From Bacteroidota bacterium (lineage in GTDB: Bacteria; Bacteroidota; Bacteroidia; Chitinophagales; BACL12): DNA of 64,000 nucleotides. This document shows positions 19,780 to 30,293 of the stretch, piece after piece (position 1 is the stretch's first letter; the number at the start of each line of letters is the position of its first letter). Position numbers and translations under genes: made by a program. The notes beneath the pieces were generated by a model that was not told the DNA's origin, made no database searches, and was given only the letters and a program-made list of their open reading frames with translations. The stretch spans positions 16,948-80,947 of the forward strand of contig JANMLV010000034.1 of NCBI GenBank assembly GCA_031372705.1. The letters run 5' to 3'.

Positions 19780-20328
19780 TTATGCTTGGCGACTGTTGTT
19801 TAATGCAAGGTTAATGTGAGCTAAATGATGTTCGCAGTGCCAAGCGTATAGAGCGGTATTAGTATAAAGAGAAATTTCTTTACCACTAGCAGGGTGTATA
19901 AATGTTTTGTTAAAATCGTTAGCACTCATTGATTTTAATAGAGCTACCCAACGAGCGTGAACACCTTCAATAATTATTATTGATGAATGAATATTGAAAT
20001 TTTTGCTGTCGTTTAAGTTTGCCCATTCTGCTTCTTTATATACTTTAACAGTCGGTTTTTCTTCTGTGAGCGCTAATTTCAATCGTATTATACTGTTCAT
20101 ATGGCTGTCGGCACAGTGGTGAACCACTTGGCGGATAGTCCAACCATCGGGACGATACGGAGTATTTAATTCGCTATCGGATAAATTTGCCGTAGCTGCT
20201 TTTATTTTTTCCGGAAATAATTCAATCGTTTTTATAAAATCGGCTAATTGATTTTCTGAAATTTCTTCAGGGGCAGTAAATTTTCCTATTGGGTATTGAA
20301 GATTTTGCATATCTATTGATTTAATCAT
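19780..20328 (-). CDS. DinB/YfiT-like putative metal-dependent hydrolase or thiol transferase
   Basis: Four-helix DinB_2 pattern with a His triad (VVHHCADSHMN ... WHCEHHLAHI). Confidence 0.75.
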   Translation of the reverse strand: MIKSIDMQNLQYPIGKFTAPEEISENQLADFIKTIELFPEKIKAATANLSDSELNTPYRPDGWTIRQVVHHCADSHMNSIIRLKLALTEEKPTVKVYKEAEWANLNDSKNFNIHSSIIIIEGVHARWVALLKSMSANDFNKTFIHPASGKEISLYTNTALYAWHCEHHLAHINLALNNSRQA

Positions 20329-20440
20329 TTACTACAAATCTCAGCTTTATTTAGTTCAATGAATTTTTTTCGAAGTGTTACCCAAAATTTTAATCAATGC
20401 GTATCTTAGTGTCTTCAGTAAACCATTATTTAGCGACTTT

Positions 20441-22246
20441 ATGCCGGAAAAAACTAGTTTATATGCACCGTTGTTAGTTGAAACAGCTTGGGAGGTGTGC
20501 AATCAGGTGGGTGGAATTTATACCGTTGTAAGGAGTAAGGCTCCTGAAATAGTTGATAAATGGACAGGCAACTATTGCATGGTAGGTCCATTACTGCAAG
20601 CAAAATTGCCGGCGGAATTTGAAGAGGTTTTTGACTTTGATGACGATTTCGGACAGGCGGTTTTAGAAATGAGAAAGCAAGGTTATGAAGTGCATTACGG
20701 ACGTTGGTTAACCGATGGAAAACCAAAGGTAGTGTTGATTTCCCCGATGCAGGTTTACGACAAAGTGAAGGAAATTAGAACATCCCTGCTGCACGATCAT
20801 AAAATAAATATTTTTAATCCTGATGACCTTTTGCAGCAAGTAATAGCATTTGGTTATTTAGTTACTCAATTTTTTGTTACGCTTGAGTCGCAGCAAAAGG
20901 GTAATCCGATTATTGCGCACTTTCATGAGTGGATGACCGGCATGCCTATTGGTGCAATAAAGAAAGATAATTTGCGGATTAAAACGGTATTTACCACACA
21001 TGCAACTTTATTAGGCAGGTATATTGCGGGTAGCGACGATAATTTTTATCGCAATTTGAGCAATTACGATTGGCTGCAAATGGCACAAAAATTTTATATC
21101 GAACCACAAACCCGCCTAGAGCGGTTAGCGGCCAACGATTGTGATGTGTTTACAACTGTTAGTGAAATTACCGGTAAAGAATGCGAATTTTTATTAGGCA
21201 GAAAACCGGATATGATATTACCGAATGGTATTAGTTTACCAAGGTTTTTGGCTACACATGAGTTGCAAAACTTGCACGGGCAGTTTCGCAACAAGATTGA
21301 TGAATTTGTGATGTCGCACTTTTTTCATTCTTACACATTCGATTTAGATAAAACGGTTTATTTCTTCACTTCGGGAAGATATGAATACCATAACAAAGGA
21401 TATGATGTTACGCTTGAAGCACTTAAGCGATTGAACGACAGAATGAAAAAGGAAAACACCGATAAAACGGTTGTTATGTTTTTTATTACAAAAAGACCGT
21501 TCGATACCATTAATCCACTTGTATTGCAGTCGCGTGCAGCAATGGATGATATTCAGGGAACATGCGAAGAGATGTTAAAACAGATTAGAGAAAAACTGTT
21601 TAAAGCTGCAGCGTCAAATGTAGACCCTAATGTTCCTGAGTTAAATAATTTTATCGATGATTATTGGAAGTTCCGTTATCGCAAACAAATTCAAAGTTGG
21701 AAAAGTGATTTTTGGCCAATTGTTGTTACGCATAATTTAAAAGATGATGCCGGCGATGAAATTTTAAATTATTTGCGCAGTCACGATTTAATTAACAAAC
21801 CGGGCGATAAAGTAAAAATGGTTTATCATCCTGATTTTGTTGCTGCAACCTCTCCATTATTTGGAATGGAATATCCTCAATTTGTAAGGGGATGTCACCT
21901 GGGTGTTTTTCCAAGTTATTATGAGCCTTGGGGATACACGCCATTAGAGTGCGTAGCGCGGGGAGTTCCGGCGGTAACCAGCGACTTGAGTGGATTTGGA
22001 AATTATTGTCAAACCAAATTTAGAAATCTCGACGAAAAAGGAATTTACATTGTTAAGCGCAAAACAAAAACCTTTGATGAGAGCGCAGATGAATTATGTG
22101 AAATGATGTACAATTTTGTTCAACTCAGTCGCCGCGAACGCATCATACTTAGAAATACGGTAGAAAGCTATGCAGAAAATTTCGACTGGAGCAATCTAGC
22201 TGCTAATTACGAAAAAGCTTATAAACTTGTACTTCAGGGAAAGTGA
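20441..22246 (+). CDS. glycogen synthase, GT3 (eukaryote-like) family
   Basis: VETAWEVCNQVGGIYTVVRSKA closely parallels the animal/fungal GYS N-terminus (EVAWEVANKVGGIYTV). C-terminal ...GVFPSYYEPWGYTPLE. ATG at 20441; the track start at 20375 is GTG. Confidence 0.85.
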   Translation: MPEKTSLYAPLLVETAWEVCNQVGGIYTVVRSKAPEIVDKWTGNYCMVGPLLQAKLPAEFEEVFDFDDDFGQAVLEMRKQGYEVHYGRWLTDGKPKVVLISPMQVYDKVKEIRTSLLHDHKINIFNPDDLLQQVIAFGYLVTQFFVTLESQQKGNPIIAHFHEWMTGMPIGAIKKDNLRIKTVFTTHATLLGRYIAGSDDNFYRNLSNYDWLQMAQKFYIEPQTRLERLAANDCDVFTTVSEITGKECEFLLGRKPDMILPNGISLPRFLATHELQNLHGQFRNKIDEFVMSHFFHSYTFDLDKTVYFFTSGRYEYHNKGYDVTLEALKRLNDRMKKENTDKTVVMFFITKRPFDTINPLVLQSRAAMDDIQGTCEEMLKQIREKLFKAAASNVDPNVPELNNFIDDYWKFRYRKQIQSWKSDFWPIVVTHNLKDDAGDEILNYLRSHDLINKPGDKVKMVYHPDFVAATSPLFGMEYPQFVRGCHLGVFPSYYEPWGYTPLECVARGVPAVTSDLSGFGNYCQTKFRNLDEKGIYIVKRKTKTFDESADELCEMMYNFVQLSRRERIILRNTVESYAENFDWSNLAANYEKAYKLVLQGK

Positions 22247-22310
22247 AACGATGGTAGTTGAAAAAGAAAAGCGTTTTCAACAAATTTGAAATCAGTTCAT
22301 AAAAAATAAA

Positions 22311-22341
22311 AAGCCCCGTTACAATTAGAAACGGGGCTTTT
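22311..22341. terminator. bidirectional rho-independent terminator
   Basis: AAGCCCCGTT (22311-22320) pairs with AACGGGGCTT (22330-22339). An A-run lies upstream and a T-run downstream. It sits between convergent genes. Confidence 0.7.
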
Positions 22342-22356
22342 ATAATAATGTAGTAA

Positions 22357-23121
22357 TTACAATTTAACGATATTACCTGAAGTTACTGCATCACCGGCTA
22401 CAACGCGGTAGATATAGTTACCTGCAGGAATTGCAGTTACATCTACATTGTAAGAGTGGATACCTGCAGCTTCGTTGCTGTTGTTAATTGTTAATACTTC
22501 CTGACCCATTAAGTTAACGATGCTTATAGCAACTTCGCTAGCATTTTGTAAGCTAAAGCTGATAGTAGCGTTAGTTGTTACAGGGTTTGGAGATACTGCA
22601 ATAGCAGAAATAGGATTTACATTCTCAACGCCTAAAACGATAGGGTCGCTGCCATCACATCTGAAACAAGCATCCCAGCAGTATTGTAACATTACATCTG
22701 CATCAGGAATTAATAATGAACGGTTGATGTTTCCACCGCCATCATCAGTACCGCAACCATCAGTTGCAATTGTAGTAGCTGCATCTGTTCCTTCGTTAGT
22801 TCCCCAGTCGTTGTTAACGAATTTGTAAGGCTGGGTCATACCAATTGAAGGTGTAGGATAAGTAACAGTGATAGCCCAAACGTTGCTACCCATGTCAGTT
22901 AAAGCGCATGTAGGATCTGATGGAGTCCAAGCGGCCATTGCAGCAGCTCCGTTCATTGCACCTGTAGCAGCGAAATCGCCACCAACTCTGATTCCACCTG
23001 CACCCAAAGTGTTGCCTGCAGCTAGATAGTTTGTAATGTCTACCATATAGGTAACATTTACCTGAGCATTAACTGCACCAGCTACAAACAAAATTGAAAG
23101 TAAAGAGTAAATTTTTCTCAT
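22357..23121 (-). CDS. T9SS-sorted secreted protein with carbohydrate-binding-module-like N-domain
   Basis: Signal peptide MRKIYSLLSILFVAGAVNAQ. YKFVNNDWGTNEG motif region with a paired-Cys tail. C-terminal SPNPVTTNATISFSL...YIYRVV sorting domain. Confidence 0.6.
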   Translation of the reverse strand: MRKIYSLLSILFVAGAVNAQVNVTYMVDITNYLAAGNTLGAGGIRVGGDFAATGAMNGAAAMAAWTPSDPTCALTDMGSNVWAITVTYPTPSIGMTQPYKFVNNDWGTNEGTDAATTIATDGCGTDDGGGNINRSLLIPDADVMLQYCWDACFRCDGSDPIVLGVENVNPISAIAVSPNPVTTNATISFSLQNASEVAISIVNLMGQEVLTINNSNEAAGIHSYNVDVTAIPAGNYIYRVVAGDAVTSGNIVKL

Positions 23122-23238
23122 AACTAATTAGTTTTTTAAGCTTAAAAATAAAATTTCAGCCTAAAGTTAAAGATTATTTCATTAAAACGGGCTGATTTTT
23201 TAACAAGATTATCTTAAATGAATTCAATTATATACATT

Positions 23239-24513
23239 CTATCGCTCAGCTATTTTATCTAAAATATAATTCCCGATTGCATAGCCGTGACTTGAACCAT
23301 TTTCTAATGCTGCTCGGAAATGAATGCCCGCATATAAGCGGCTGATACTCGCTTCGTTAGCTGCAGCATTGAATGAATTAAATATGCGTGCAGGCAAATT
23401 ATTGGCAGTTAAAATTGAATCGGTAAACACCAAATTGTCACCTAAACAATGAGTAAGGATTGTTGCACATGCGGCAGAAATTGTACTATGCCCTGAGCTG
23501 TATTCAGGAAACGCCGGTGTTGCTATATATGGTTGCCAGGCAGGATTAATATATTTTTTAATATAGGTTTCGGGCCTCAATAAATTTGTTGCGTATTTAA
23601 TATGCCAACAAGCAATAAAAGCATCAGCCATTGATATAGATGCAAGCGCATAAACGTAGGCCGCTTTTATGGCAGGTGTTTCCTTCTCCATCATTGCGGC
23701 GCTTGCTATGCTTAGCCAATGCCCTGCAGGAGATATCTTTTTCTTTCCAAGCTGTAGGTGGCCCACATAAGTAACGGAATAGGGATTATCATCCCAAAAA
23801 TCGGCAATTGCTTTTTGTTCGATGGTTAAATTATTGCTAACATAATATACTTCTAATGCTTGTTTATAAAATAACGCATTGGAATCGGTACTAAATGTTG
23901 GTGCTGGGAAAATGTTTTTGCTTGTTGTTTCGTCGATTACAAATGAGCGTAATTCGCCCCAATATGGTTCAACCGCATCTTCATAATCGGGACCGGTTGG
24001 CTGCCAGGCATATGGTTCATTAATTAAGGAATAGCGGGCTTTTGAACGCGTGTTATTATAATTATCAAATTGCGACCATTTAATAATGCTGTCACTTACC
24101 GCATGCGCAAAATCAATAGTTGAATTAAGGTTTTTTTTATTGTTAGTTTGACAATACTTAAGATAAGATTCTATTTTTTCATTTAAAATTTGTTCACTGT
24201 AAACAAAATGTTGAGCAGTATAATAGCAAGCAAGAATTCCGGCAACATCAAAATCAATTTTATTTAATTTTTTCACCACCGGAATAGTTGGCATTTCATT
24301 TAATTTGCCGTGTAAGGAATTATATTTGTTATATCCTTGTTCCATGGCTTCATAGGCCGCAATTGCCGAGTAGGCATAAATCCTGGACGCAGCAGGTGCT
24401 GAAAACACATCGTGAACAATTACATCAGTAACATCATTAAAAGCATCATGTATAGTAGTTTGGGCATTGAGCTTTATTGTAAGCAACAGTAATATAGCTA
24501 GTAAATATTTCAA
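23239..24513 (-). CDS. PAP2 superfamily / vanadium-dependent haloperoxidase-like secreted protein
   Basis: Signal peptide. PEYSSGHSTISAA and SRLYAGIHFRAA motifs (acid phosphatase/V-haloperoxidase signature). Confidence 0.7.
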   Translation of the reverse strand: MKYLLAILLLLTIKLNAQTTIHDAFNDVTDVIVHDVFSAPAASRIYAYSAIAAYEAMEQGYNKYNSLHGKLNEMPTIPVVKKLNKIDFDVAGILACYYTAQHFVYSEQILNEKIESYLKYCQTNNKKNLNSTIDFAHAVSDSIIKWSQFDNYNNTRSKARYSLINEPYAWQPTGPDYEDAVEPYWGELRSFVIDETTSKNIFPAPTFSTDSNALFYKQALEVYYVSNNLTIEQKAIADFWDDNPYSVTYVGHLQLGKKKISPAGHWLSIASAAMMEKETPAIKAAYVYALASISMADAFIACWHIKYATNLLRPETYIKKYINPAWQPYIATPAFPEYSSGHSTISAACATILTHCLGDNLVFTDSILTANNLPARIFNSFNAAANEASISRLYAGIHFRAALENGSSHGYAIGNYILDKIAER

Positions 24514-24581
24514 GCTACAATAATAATCATATTACAATTAAAATGAATAATAATTAAGTGCCGAATTACATATTGTTTGTA

Positions 24582-25490
24582 TTATTCTACCAGGCCAATT
24601 GTTGCTAAGGTAAAGGGTGTACCAATCATTCTAACGTTGGCAGGAATTTTTCCTATTGTTCCGGAAATTATAACTTTTATTCCTTCTTTTTTAAACGCCT
24701 CAGGCAATAAAACCGGTAAATATCGGGTAATGCCATTGTTGCCGTTATCTACTTCAATAATATAGGTATCTGCAATTAATTTAATTACGCCTTTTGTTTC
24801 AGGTAAATAACCCACTGAGTCGAATGGAAATAAATCTTTTACGGCATCTTGTAATAAGTTTTCATCAAAAGGTGTAGTAGATTCAGCTGTTATTTCTTTT
24901 ATTTTAATTGGAGTCCCCATCATGCGCACATTGGGGTCGTGTTTAAGTATAGTAGCACTAAATGTAATTTCAGTATTCGCAATTTTAAAATCATCAGGTA
25001 AAAAATCGGGGATGTACCTTTTAGTTTCGTTATTAGCTGTTTGCTCAATAAGATAAACATCGCCAATCAAAATTATTTTTGCCTTACAATTTACCAAAGA
25101 TCCTATCGAGTCTGAATTCGATTTTGAAACAACCGTTGTTTCCTCGCTAATTGCCTCGCCGGCGCCCGGATTGGGTTTTGTGCGATAAAGTATTCTAATC
25201 ATACTTAATTTAAGTGGTGTTCCGGCAAGTTTTACATTCATAGGAATTCGACCTAACGCACCCTCAAACACGATGTCTTGATTATTTACGCAATATTTTT
25301 CCGGCAGATTTACAGGTAGGTAATATTCAGTGAAACCCCCTTTGTCAACTTTAATTACCCAGGTATCGTTTTTAATTACAACGGTGCCAATTTCCATGCT
25401 TTTAACGCCAATGGAGTCGAAATCTATTGTTTGTGCTGAAACGCCAAAAACGCAAACCAATGCTAAGAAAAGTGTAATTAAATTTTTCAT
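24582..25490 (-). CDS. hypothetical secreted protein made of three copies of an unassigned roughly 95-aa domain
   Basis: ATG at 25490 gives a signal peptide MKNLITLFLALVCVFGVSAQ. Each of the three repeats ends in IP.NV+..GTP(L/I/F). Confidence 0.55.
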   Translation of the reverse strand: MKNLITLFLALVCVFGVSAQTIDFDSIGVKSMEIGTVVIKNDTWVIKVDKGGFTEYYLPVNLPEKYCVNNQDIVFEGALGRIPMNVKLAGTPLKLSMIRILYRTKPNPGAGEAISEETTVVSKSNSDSIGSLVNCKAKIILIGDVYLIEQTANNETKRYIPDFLPDDFKIANTEITFSATILKHDPNVRMMGTPIKIKEITAESTTPFDENLLQDAVKDLFPFDSVGYLPETKGVIKLIADTYIIEVDNGNNGITRYLPVLLPEAFKKEGIKVIISGTIGKIPANVRMIGTPFTLATIGLVE

Positions 25491-25587
25491 AAGATAGATT
25501 GTGGCTAAAATTATACCAAATTGCGCAATTCTTGACATTTGCAACCCATTTATCAAACGGCTATCTTTATTATAGCCGGTTAATAAA

Positions 25588-26928
25588 TCAATAATTAAAC
25601 GTCTTAATCGCTTTTGATTTTAAAGCAGTAAATCCAACAATCAACAGTGTAACTGTTCCTCCAAAAACAACAGAAGGCACGGTGCCCATAAGTCTTGCTG
25701 CCGTGCCGCTTTCAAAGGCTCCCAGTTCGTTGCTGCTCCCAATAAACATGGTGTTTACTGCAGCAACCCGACCGCGCATTTCATCAGGAGTAAGTAATTG
25801 AATGATATTACTTCTTATAACTACACTAACACTATCAAAAGCACCATTTAAAAAAAGTAATACCATCGATAAATAAAAATTAGTAGAAAGCCCGAATAAA
25901 ATGATGGTAACACCGAATCCGGCAACCGCCCAAAGGAGCGTATAGCCTATGCGACCTGGTATTTTTTTCCAAGAAATATAACTTATGGTTATCACGGCAC
26001 CTAATGATGGCATGGCACGCAAAATACCTAATCCTTGTGGGCCGCATTCTAAAATATCTTCAGCAAAAACAGGTAACAATGCAACGGCACCACCGAATAA
26101 AACTGAAAACATATCTAGGCTGAGTGCGGTAAGAATTACTTTGTTTTGAAATACAAAACGAATGCCTTGTTTTAATCTTTCAATTACCGGTTCGGTGTTG
26201 TTTAACTGCACCGGCGGTTTAGAAGCAACTCTTGTAAATAAAATAATGCCTGTTACAATGCAAAATAAAACGATAATCATTGAGATGGTCATACCCAGTC
26301 CTGCGTAAATAAATCCGCCTAACGCGGGACCAATAATTGCGCTCATTTGCCAAACCGTTGAATTCATAGTGGAGGCTTTTATGAGTTGTTCGTTTTGGGA
26401 TGATTTGTCTTCAGTTTTTTGTTCGGCAATATCTTCAATTGCATCTAAAGCCGTATCGGGAAGGGGGTTTTTTTGAATTGTAGCATCGTTTGTTAGTACA
26501 ATTTGTGGAATAATGGAAGTTGCAGTGGGGCCGTAAAAACCTCGCGCCAAGCCGGTGGTAAAAATAAAGGCATACATTAGCATAACTGTTACACTGTCGC
26601 TATTAATACTGCGCATATATTCGGTGGTGAAAATGGTAAGCCCGAGCGAAGAAATGAACATTCCGACTAATGAGGCCAAAAGCAAATTCCGCTTGTTGCT
26701 GATATCGGCTAAGTGACCGGCATAAAGTGCAATGCTAATTGCCGGAATAGCTTCTGCAAGGCCTATTAAACCTAATGAAAACGGGTCTTTTGTTATGGAA
26801 TAAATTTCCCAACCTGCTACAACATACTGAATAAGAAACGCAAACGTAATAAACACACGCATGCTTAAGAAGTAGCGGAACTCGAGGTTGCGAATAGGAG
26901 TTTGGTAGTTCACAAATAAATATAACAC
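25588..26928 (-). CDS. MFS transporter
   Basis: About 12 predicted hydrophobic helices with a central hydrophilic loop. The start codon is uncertain (GTG at 26928; first ATG is 66 nt downstream). Confidence 0.7.
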   Translation of the reverse strand: MLYLFVNYQTPIRNLEFRYFLSMRVFITFAFLIQYVVAGWEIYSITKDPFSLGLIGLAEAIPAISIALYAGHLADISNKRNLLLASLVGMFISSLGLTIFTTEYMRSINSDSVTVMLMYAFIFTTGLARGFYGPTATSIIPQIVLTNDATIQKNPLPDTALDAIEDIAEQKTEDKSSQNEQLIKASTMNSTVWQMSAIIGPALGGFIYAGLGMTISMIIVLFCIVTGIILFTRVASKPPVQLNNTEPVIERLKQGIRFVFQNKVILTALSLDMFSVLFGGAVALLPVFAEDILECGPQGLGILRAMPSLGAVITISYISWKKIPGRIGYTLLWAVAGFGVTIILFGLSTNFYLSMVLLFLNGAFDSVSVVIRSNIIQLLTPDEMRGRVAAVNTMFIGSSNELGAFESGTAARLMGTVPSVVFGGTVTLLIVGFTALKSKAIKTFNY

Positions 26929-27009
26929 AAAAGTAACGTGCTATTGTCGAACACTGTAATTTTGTTACTGTTTTTATTGGGAAGGCAAATTTACCAAACT
27001 ACACATGCC

Positions 27010-27471
27010 ATGGAAATAAATCAACAAAAACTGAAAGCTATTCAGCGCTTCGCTTTAATGATGTTATTTATGTTATTAATTCTTGGGTCCGGATTTATTT
27101 GGGGTGAATTTGTGAATGCTAGTAAACTTAATCAAAGCGAATCGGAAGCTAATTTGAATTGTGGTGTATATTATATTATTAGTTATAAAACAGGAGAAAC
27201 AATTGAAGGCAGAACCGTTTTTCAATCTAAATGCCAAAGATGTCATTTAATTGAAAGAAAAATGACAGGCCCCGCATTAATGAATGTTAAGGATAGATGG
27301 TCCGATACGACAAATTTATATAGTTGGATAAAAAATTCACAAGCATTTTTGGCAACCGGAGATAGATATGCAAACGAATTGTATAAAGAATATAATTCTT
27401 TAATGCCCGCTTTTCCCGAATTAAGTGATTCAACAATTTCAGCGTTGCTATATTATATTGATCCCGAATAA
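27010..27471 (+). CDS. membrane-anchored c-type cytochrome
   Basis: CQRCH heme-binding CxxCH motif, downstream Met ligand region (LMPAF) and an N-terminal TM anchor. ATG at 27010; the track start at 26938 is GTG. Confidence 0.7.
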   Translation: MEINQQKLKAIQRFALMMLFMLLILGSGFIWGEFVNASKLNQSESEANLNCGVYYIISYKTGETIEGRTVFQSKCQRCHLIERKMTGPALMNVKDRWSDTTNLYSWIKNSQAFLATGDRYANELYKEYNSLMPAFPELSDSTISALLYYIDPE

Positions 27472-27798
27472 TTATTTTAATTTCTCGTTGTCGAGATGTC
27501 TTGTTTTGTCACGGTTGTTTTTTTTATCGAGATTTAGCTGTAGTGCATCTGTTAAGTTTATTCCGGTTTGATTAGCAATGCAAATTAATACAAAAAGAAC
27601 ATCTGCCAATTCATCAGATAATTGTTTATCCTTATCACTTTCTTTAAAAGATTGTTCGCCATATTTTCTGGCAATAATTCTGGCCACTTCCCCGACTTCC
27701 TCGGTAAGCATAGCCATATTGGTGAGTTCGTTAAAATAACGCACGCCGGTAGTTGTTATCCAGCGATCAACTGTGTCTTGAGCTTCCTGAATTGTCAT
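27472..27798 (-). CDS. MazG-like nucleotide pyrophosphohydrolase
   Basis: LTEEVGEVARII and ELADVLFVLICIA (EExxE ... ExxD MazG helices), 108 aa. Confidence 0.8.
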   Translation of the reverse strand: MTIQEAQDTVDRWITTTGVRYFNELTNMAMLTEEVGEVARIIARKYGEQSFKESDKDKQLSDELADVLFVLICIANQTGINLTDALQLNLDKKNNRDKTRHLDNEKLK

Positions 27799-27845
27799 AC
27801 TGCAAATGTATTAATAATGCAGTTGAACATGACATAAACAATTAA

Positions 27846-30170
27846 TTATTTATTTCCAATTATCAGAACTTTTGTAACAACAGTTTGTGAGCCGTCTTCA
27901 TTTGAACTATATACCATATAAACACCTGTTTTTGCCCTGTTACCATCGTAGCCATTTCCGTCCCAAACAGCTTGGCCACCTAGTGCAGTGGTTTTATAAA
28001 TTATCCTTCCTGCCATGTCGGTTATGCGTACTTCGGCATTTTCGGTTAATCCGTTTATGGCTATCGTTCCGATATAATCTTCGCGAACGGGGTTAGGAAA
28101 AACATTAACAGTGCTTATTTCTTCAACACCTTCGGTTGCGGTGTATCGGAATGAAATTATGCCCTTATCGGTACCAAAATAAACATCTCCGGTAACGGGG
28201 TCAATTTCAATATTAATAACGGCATTAGAAATTAAAGGTGAATTATCGGTATTAAAATAAATTAATTGTTCGGTACCGTCTTCGCTAATTAAAAATGCAC
28301 CGCTGTTTGTTCCAACCCATTTTCTATTTGCGCCGTCAACGGCAATTGTATTAACGATATCGTTACGCAACAATTGTTCGTAGTATCCTCCAAGATTAAC
28401 CAATGGTTGTGTTGCATCGCCGGCTGTTGTTCCGGAAAACACTTCCGACGGATTGTAAAATATGGTAATACCTTCGCTTGTACCAACCCAAACTTCATTT
28501 TGTTTATCAACGGCAATGCAATTAATATAACTGGTGTGTAAATTTCCGTTGCCTGCTCCTGCAGCAAGTACTTTAATTAAATCGTCGCTTTCATCATCAA
28601 TGGTTCCATTATCGTTGAATACTAAAATGCCATTTCCGCGAACTAATTGGAACCATTTTGTTTGCAGTTGGTCAATTGCAATTTGTGCAACTTGATTTTC
28701 AATATCTGCAGGCATACCGGGGTTAAAACTTTTCCAAGTTCCATCCGATTTTTTAACGGCTACACAATTTGTTGCACCGAAATTTGATATCCATAAATTA
28801 TTATTAACATCTAAAGCAAGACCTCCAACTCTATAAGAATTAATATCTGCAGGTACTACATTTAAATATCCTTGTTTAAATAATTGAATGGTGTTTGTAT
28901 TTCTGTTCATTTCTAATAATCCTCCGCCAAATGAGCCAAACCATGCGGTGTTGCTTATTGGATCAACTTCAACAGTTATAATATCGAAAGTAGAATCTAA
29001 TATTGGAAAAGCATATTTTGATATATTATTCCATGAAAAATAATCATAAATAAAAATGCCGTCTTGATTGTAATTATAACTCCATGCTGCGGTAATTTCA
29101 CCGGGTGCAACATAAAGCGTATTGCCAATACTTTTCATGTCGAATACTTTATCAGAAGCGGGGCCATTTGGAATAAAGAAATTGAAATTGCCATCATATT
29201 TAACAATTCCGGTATAGGCATCAGCTATCCATAATGTTCCTGCTGCATCGGCATCACTTTGGGTAATATATGAAAAGTGTGTATCTGAAACTAATTCAGT
29301 TACATTGCCATCTAAATCAATTTTTACGACACGACAAGAATCGGCCGGAATTGCAGCGCCCAATACCTGTGTAATCAGCAAATAATTATTTGTTGTGCGC
29401 ACTTCTTTTGTTGTCCATACAGGTTCAAAAAAATACGCTTCCCAGCTTGTGCCATTAAATTGATATAATGTTTCTGCAATTTGTGTGTAAAGTATATTAT
29501 TAAATACGCAAATAAAATTGGCATCTCCTTCGGGTAAGCCATTTAATCCACTAATTAATTCCCATTTGCCAAAGTCCTGTAAATTTGGTTCAGACAGTTC
29601 ACCACGATAAATACCATTAACAGTTGCGGCATAAAAAGCATTGTCAAACACGGTAGTTTGGTTCACTTTCATGGTTGCTTCATTGGTGTCGGTAAAAAAA
29701 CACGTAGCGGGGCTCTCGCGTTTCTCGGTATCGAATAAAACTACACCAAAACCGCAACTTAGAATTACGGTATCGCCTACAAATGTGGCATTGTAAATGT
29801 TTTTATCGCCATTAATATTGCTTGTTTTGATAAAGGGATAATTAAAAATTTCATTTCCAAACAAAAAATCTAAATTGCTATTAGTATAAGCTATAACTAA
29901 AGTTTGGTTTACCTCATTATAATTAATATTGCGAATACCGATATCAGAAAACCCCGCAGCCGTGCTGAGCTTGTCGTATGAGTTGTCGTCCTTATTAAAG
30001 GCAAAAACGGAATTTGCATTTGCTGCATAAACTTTGTTTCCTGCATCGGCAACTAAAGCAACGCCCCCATAAGGCAGGTGTGATGTCCATTGTCCGATTG
30101 CCACATTTTGGCTGTGCGCGGTTAAAACAGACAGTAAACAGGTAAAAATTGAAAAAAATTGCTTCATCAT
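27846..30170 (-). CDS. porZ: two-propeller T9SS protein, PorZ-like
   Basis: 774 aa with a signal peptide. N-terminal WTSHLPY motif, repeated two-component-regulator-propeller-type blades and a C-terminal VFPNPV... sorting domain. Size and architecture match PorZ. Confidence 0.55.
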   Translation of the reverse strand: MMKQFFSIFTCLLSVLTAHSQNVAIGQWTSHLPYGGVALVADAGNKVYAANANSVFAFNKDDNSYDKLSTAAGFSDIGIRNINYNEVNQTLVIAYTNSNLDFLFGNEIFNYPFIKTSNINGDKNIYNATFVGDTVILSCGFGVVLFDTEKRESPATCFFTDTNEATMKVNQTTVFDNAFYAATVNGIYRGELSEPNLQDFGKWELISGLNGLPEGDANFICVFNNILYTQIAETLYQFNGTSWEAYFFEPVWTTKEVRTTNNYLLITQVLGAAIPADSCRVVKIDLDGNVTELVSDTHFSYITQSDADAAGTLWIADAYTGIVKYDGNFNFFIPNGPASDKVFDMKSIGNTLYVAPGEITAAWSYNYNQDGIFIYDYFSWNNISKYAFPILDSTFDIITVEVDPISNTAWFGSFGGGLLEMNRNTNTIQLFKQGYLNVVPADINSYRVGGLALDVNNNLWISNFGATNCVAVKKSDGTWKSFNPGMPADIENQVAQIAIDQLQTKWFQLVRGNGILVFNDNGTIDDESDDLIKVLAAGAGNGNLHTSYINCIAVDKQNEVWVGTSEGITIFYNPSEVFSGTTAGDATQPLVNLGGYYEQLLRNDIVNTIAVDGANRKWVGTNSGAFLISEDGTEQLIYFNTDNSPLISNAVINIEIDPVTGDVYFGTDKGIISFRYTATEGVEEISTVNVFPNPVREDYIGTIAINGLTENAEVRITDMAGRIIYKTTALGGQAVWDGNGYDGNRAKTGVYMVYSSNEDGSQTVVTKVLIIGNK

Positions 30171-30293
30171 GGCGGGACAAATTTCCGAAATAGAACGGTA
30201 TAACGCATCAAAGCGGCAAATATTTCATTAAAAACAGTCATTATTCGGTCAATTAAGGTCTTTAATTGCTTATCTTTGCCGTCCTTTTTGACT

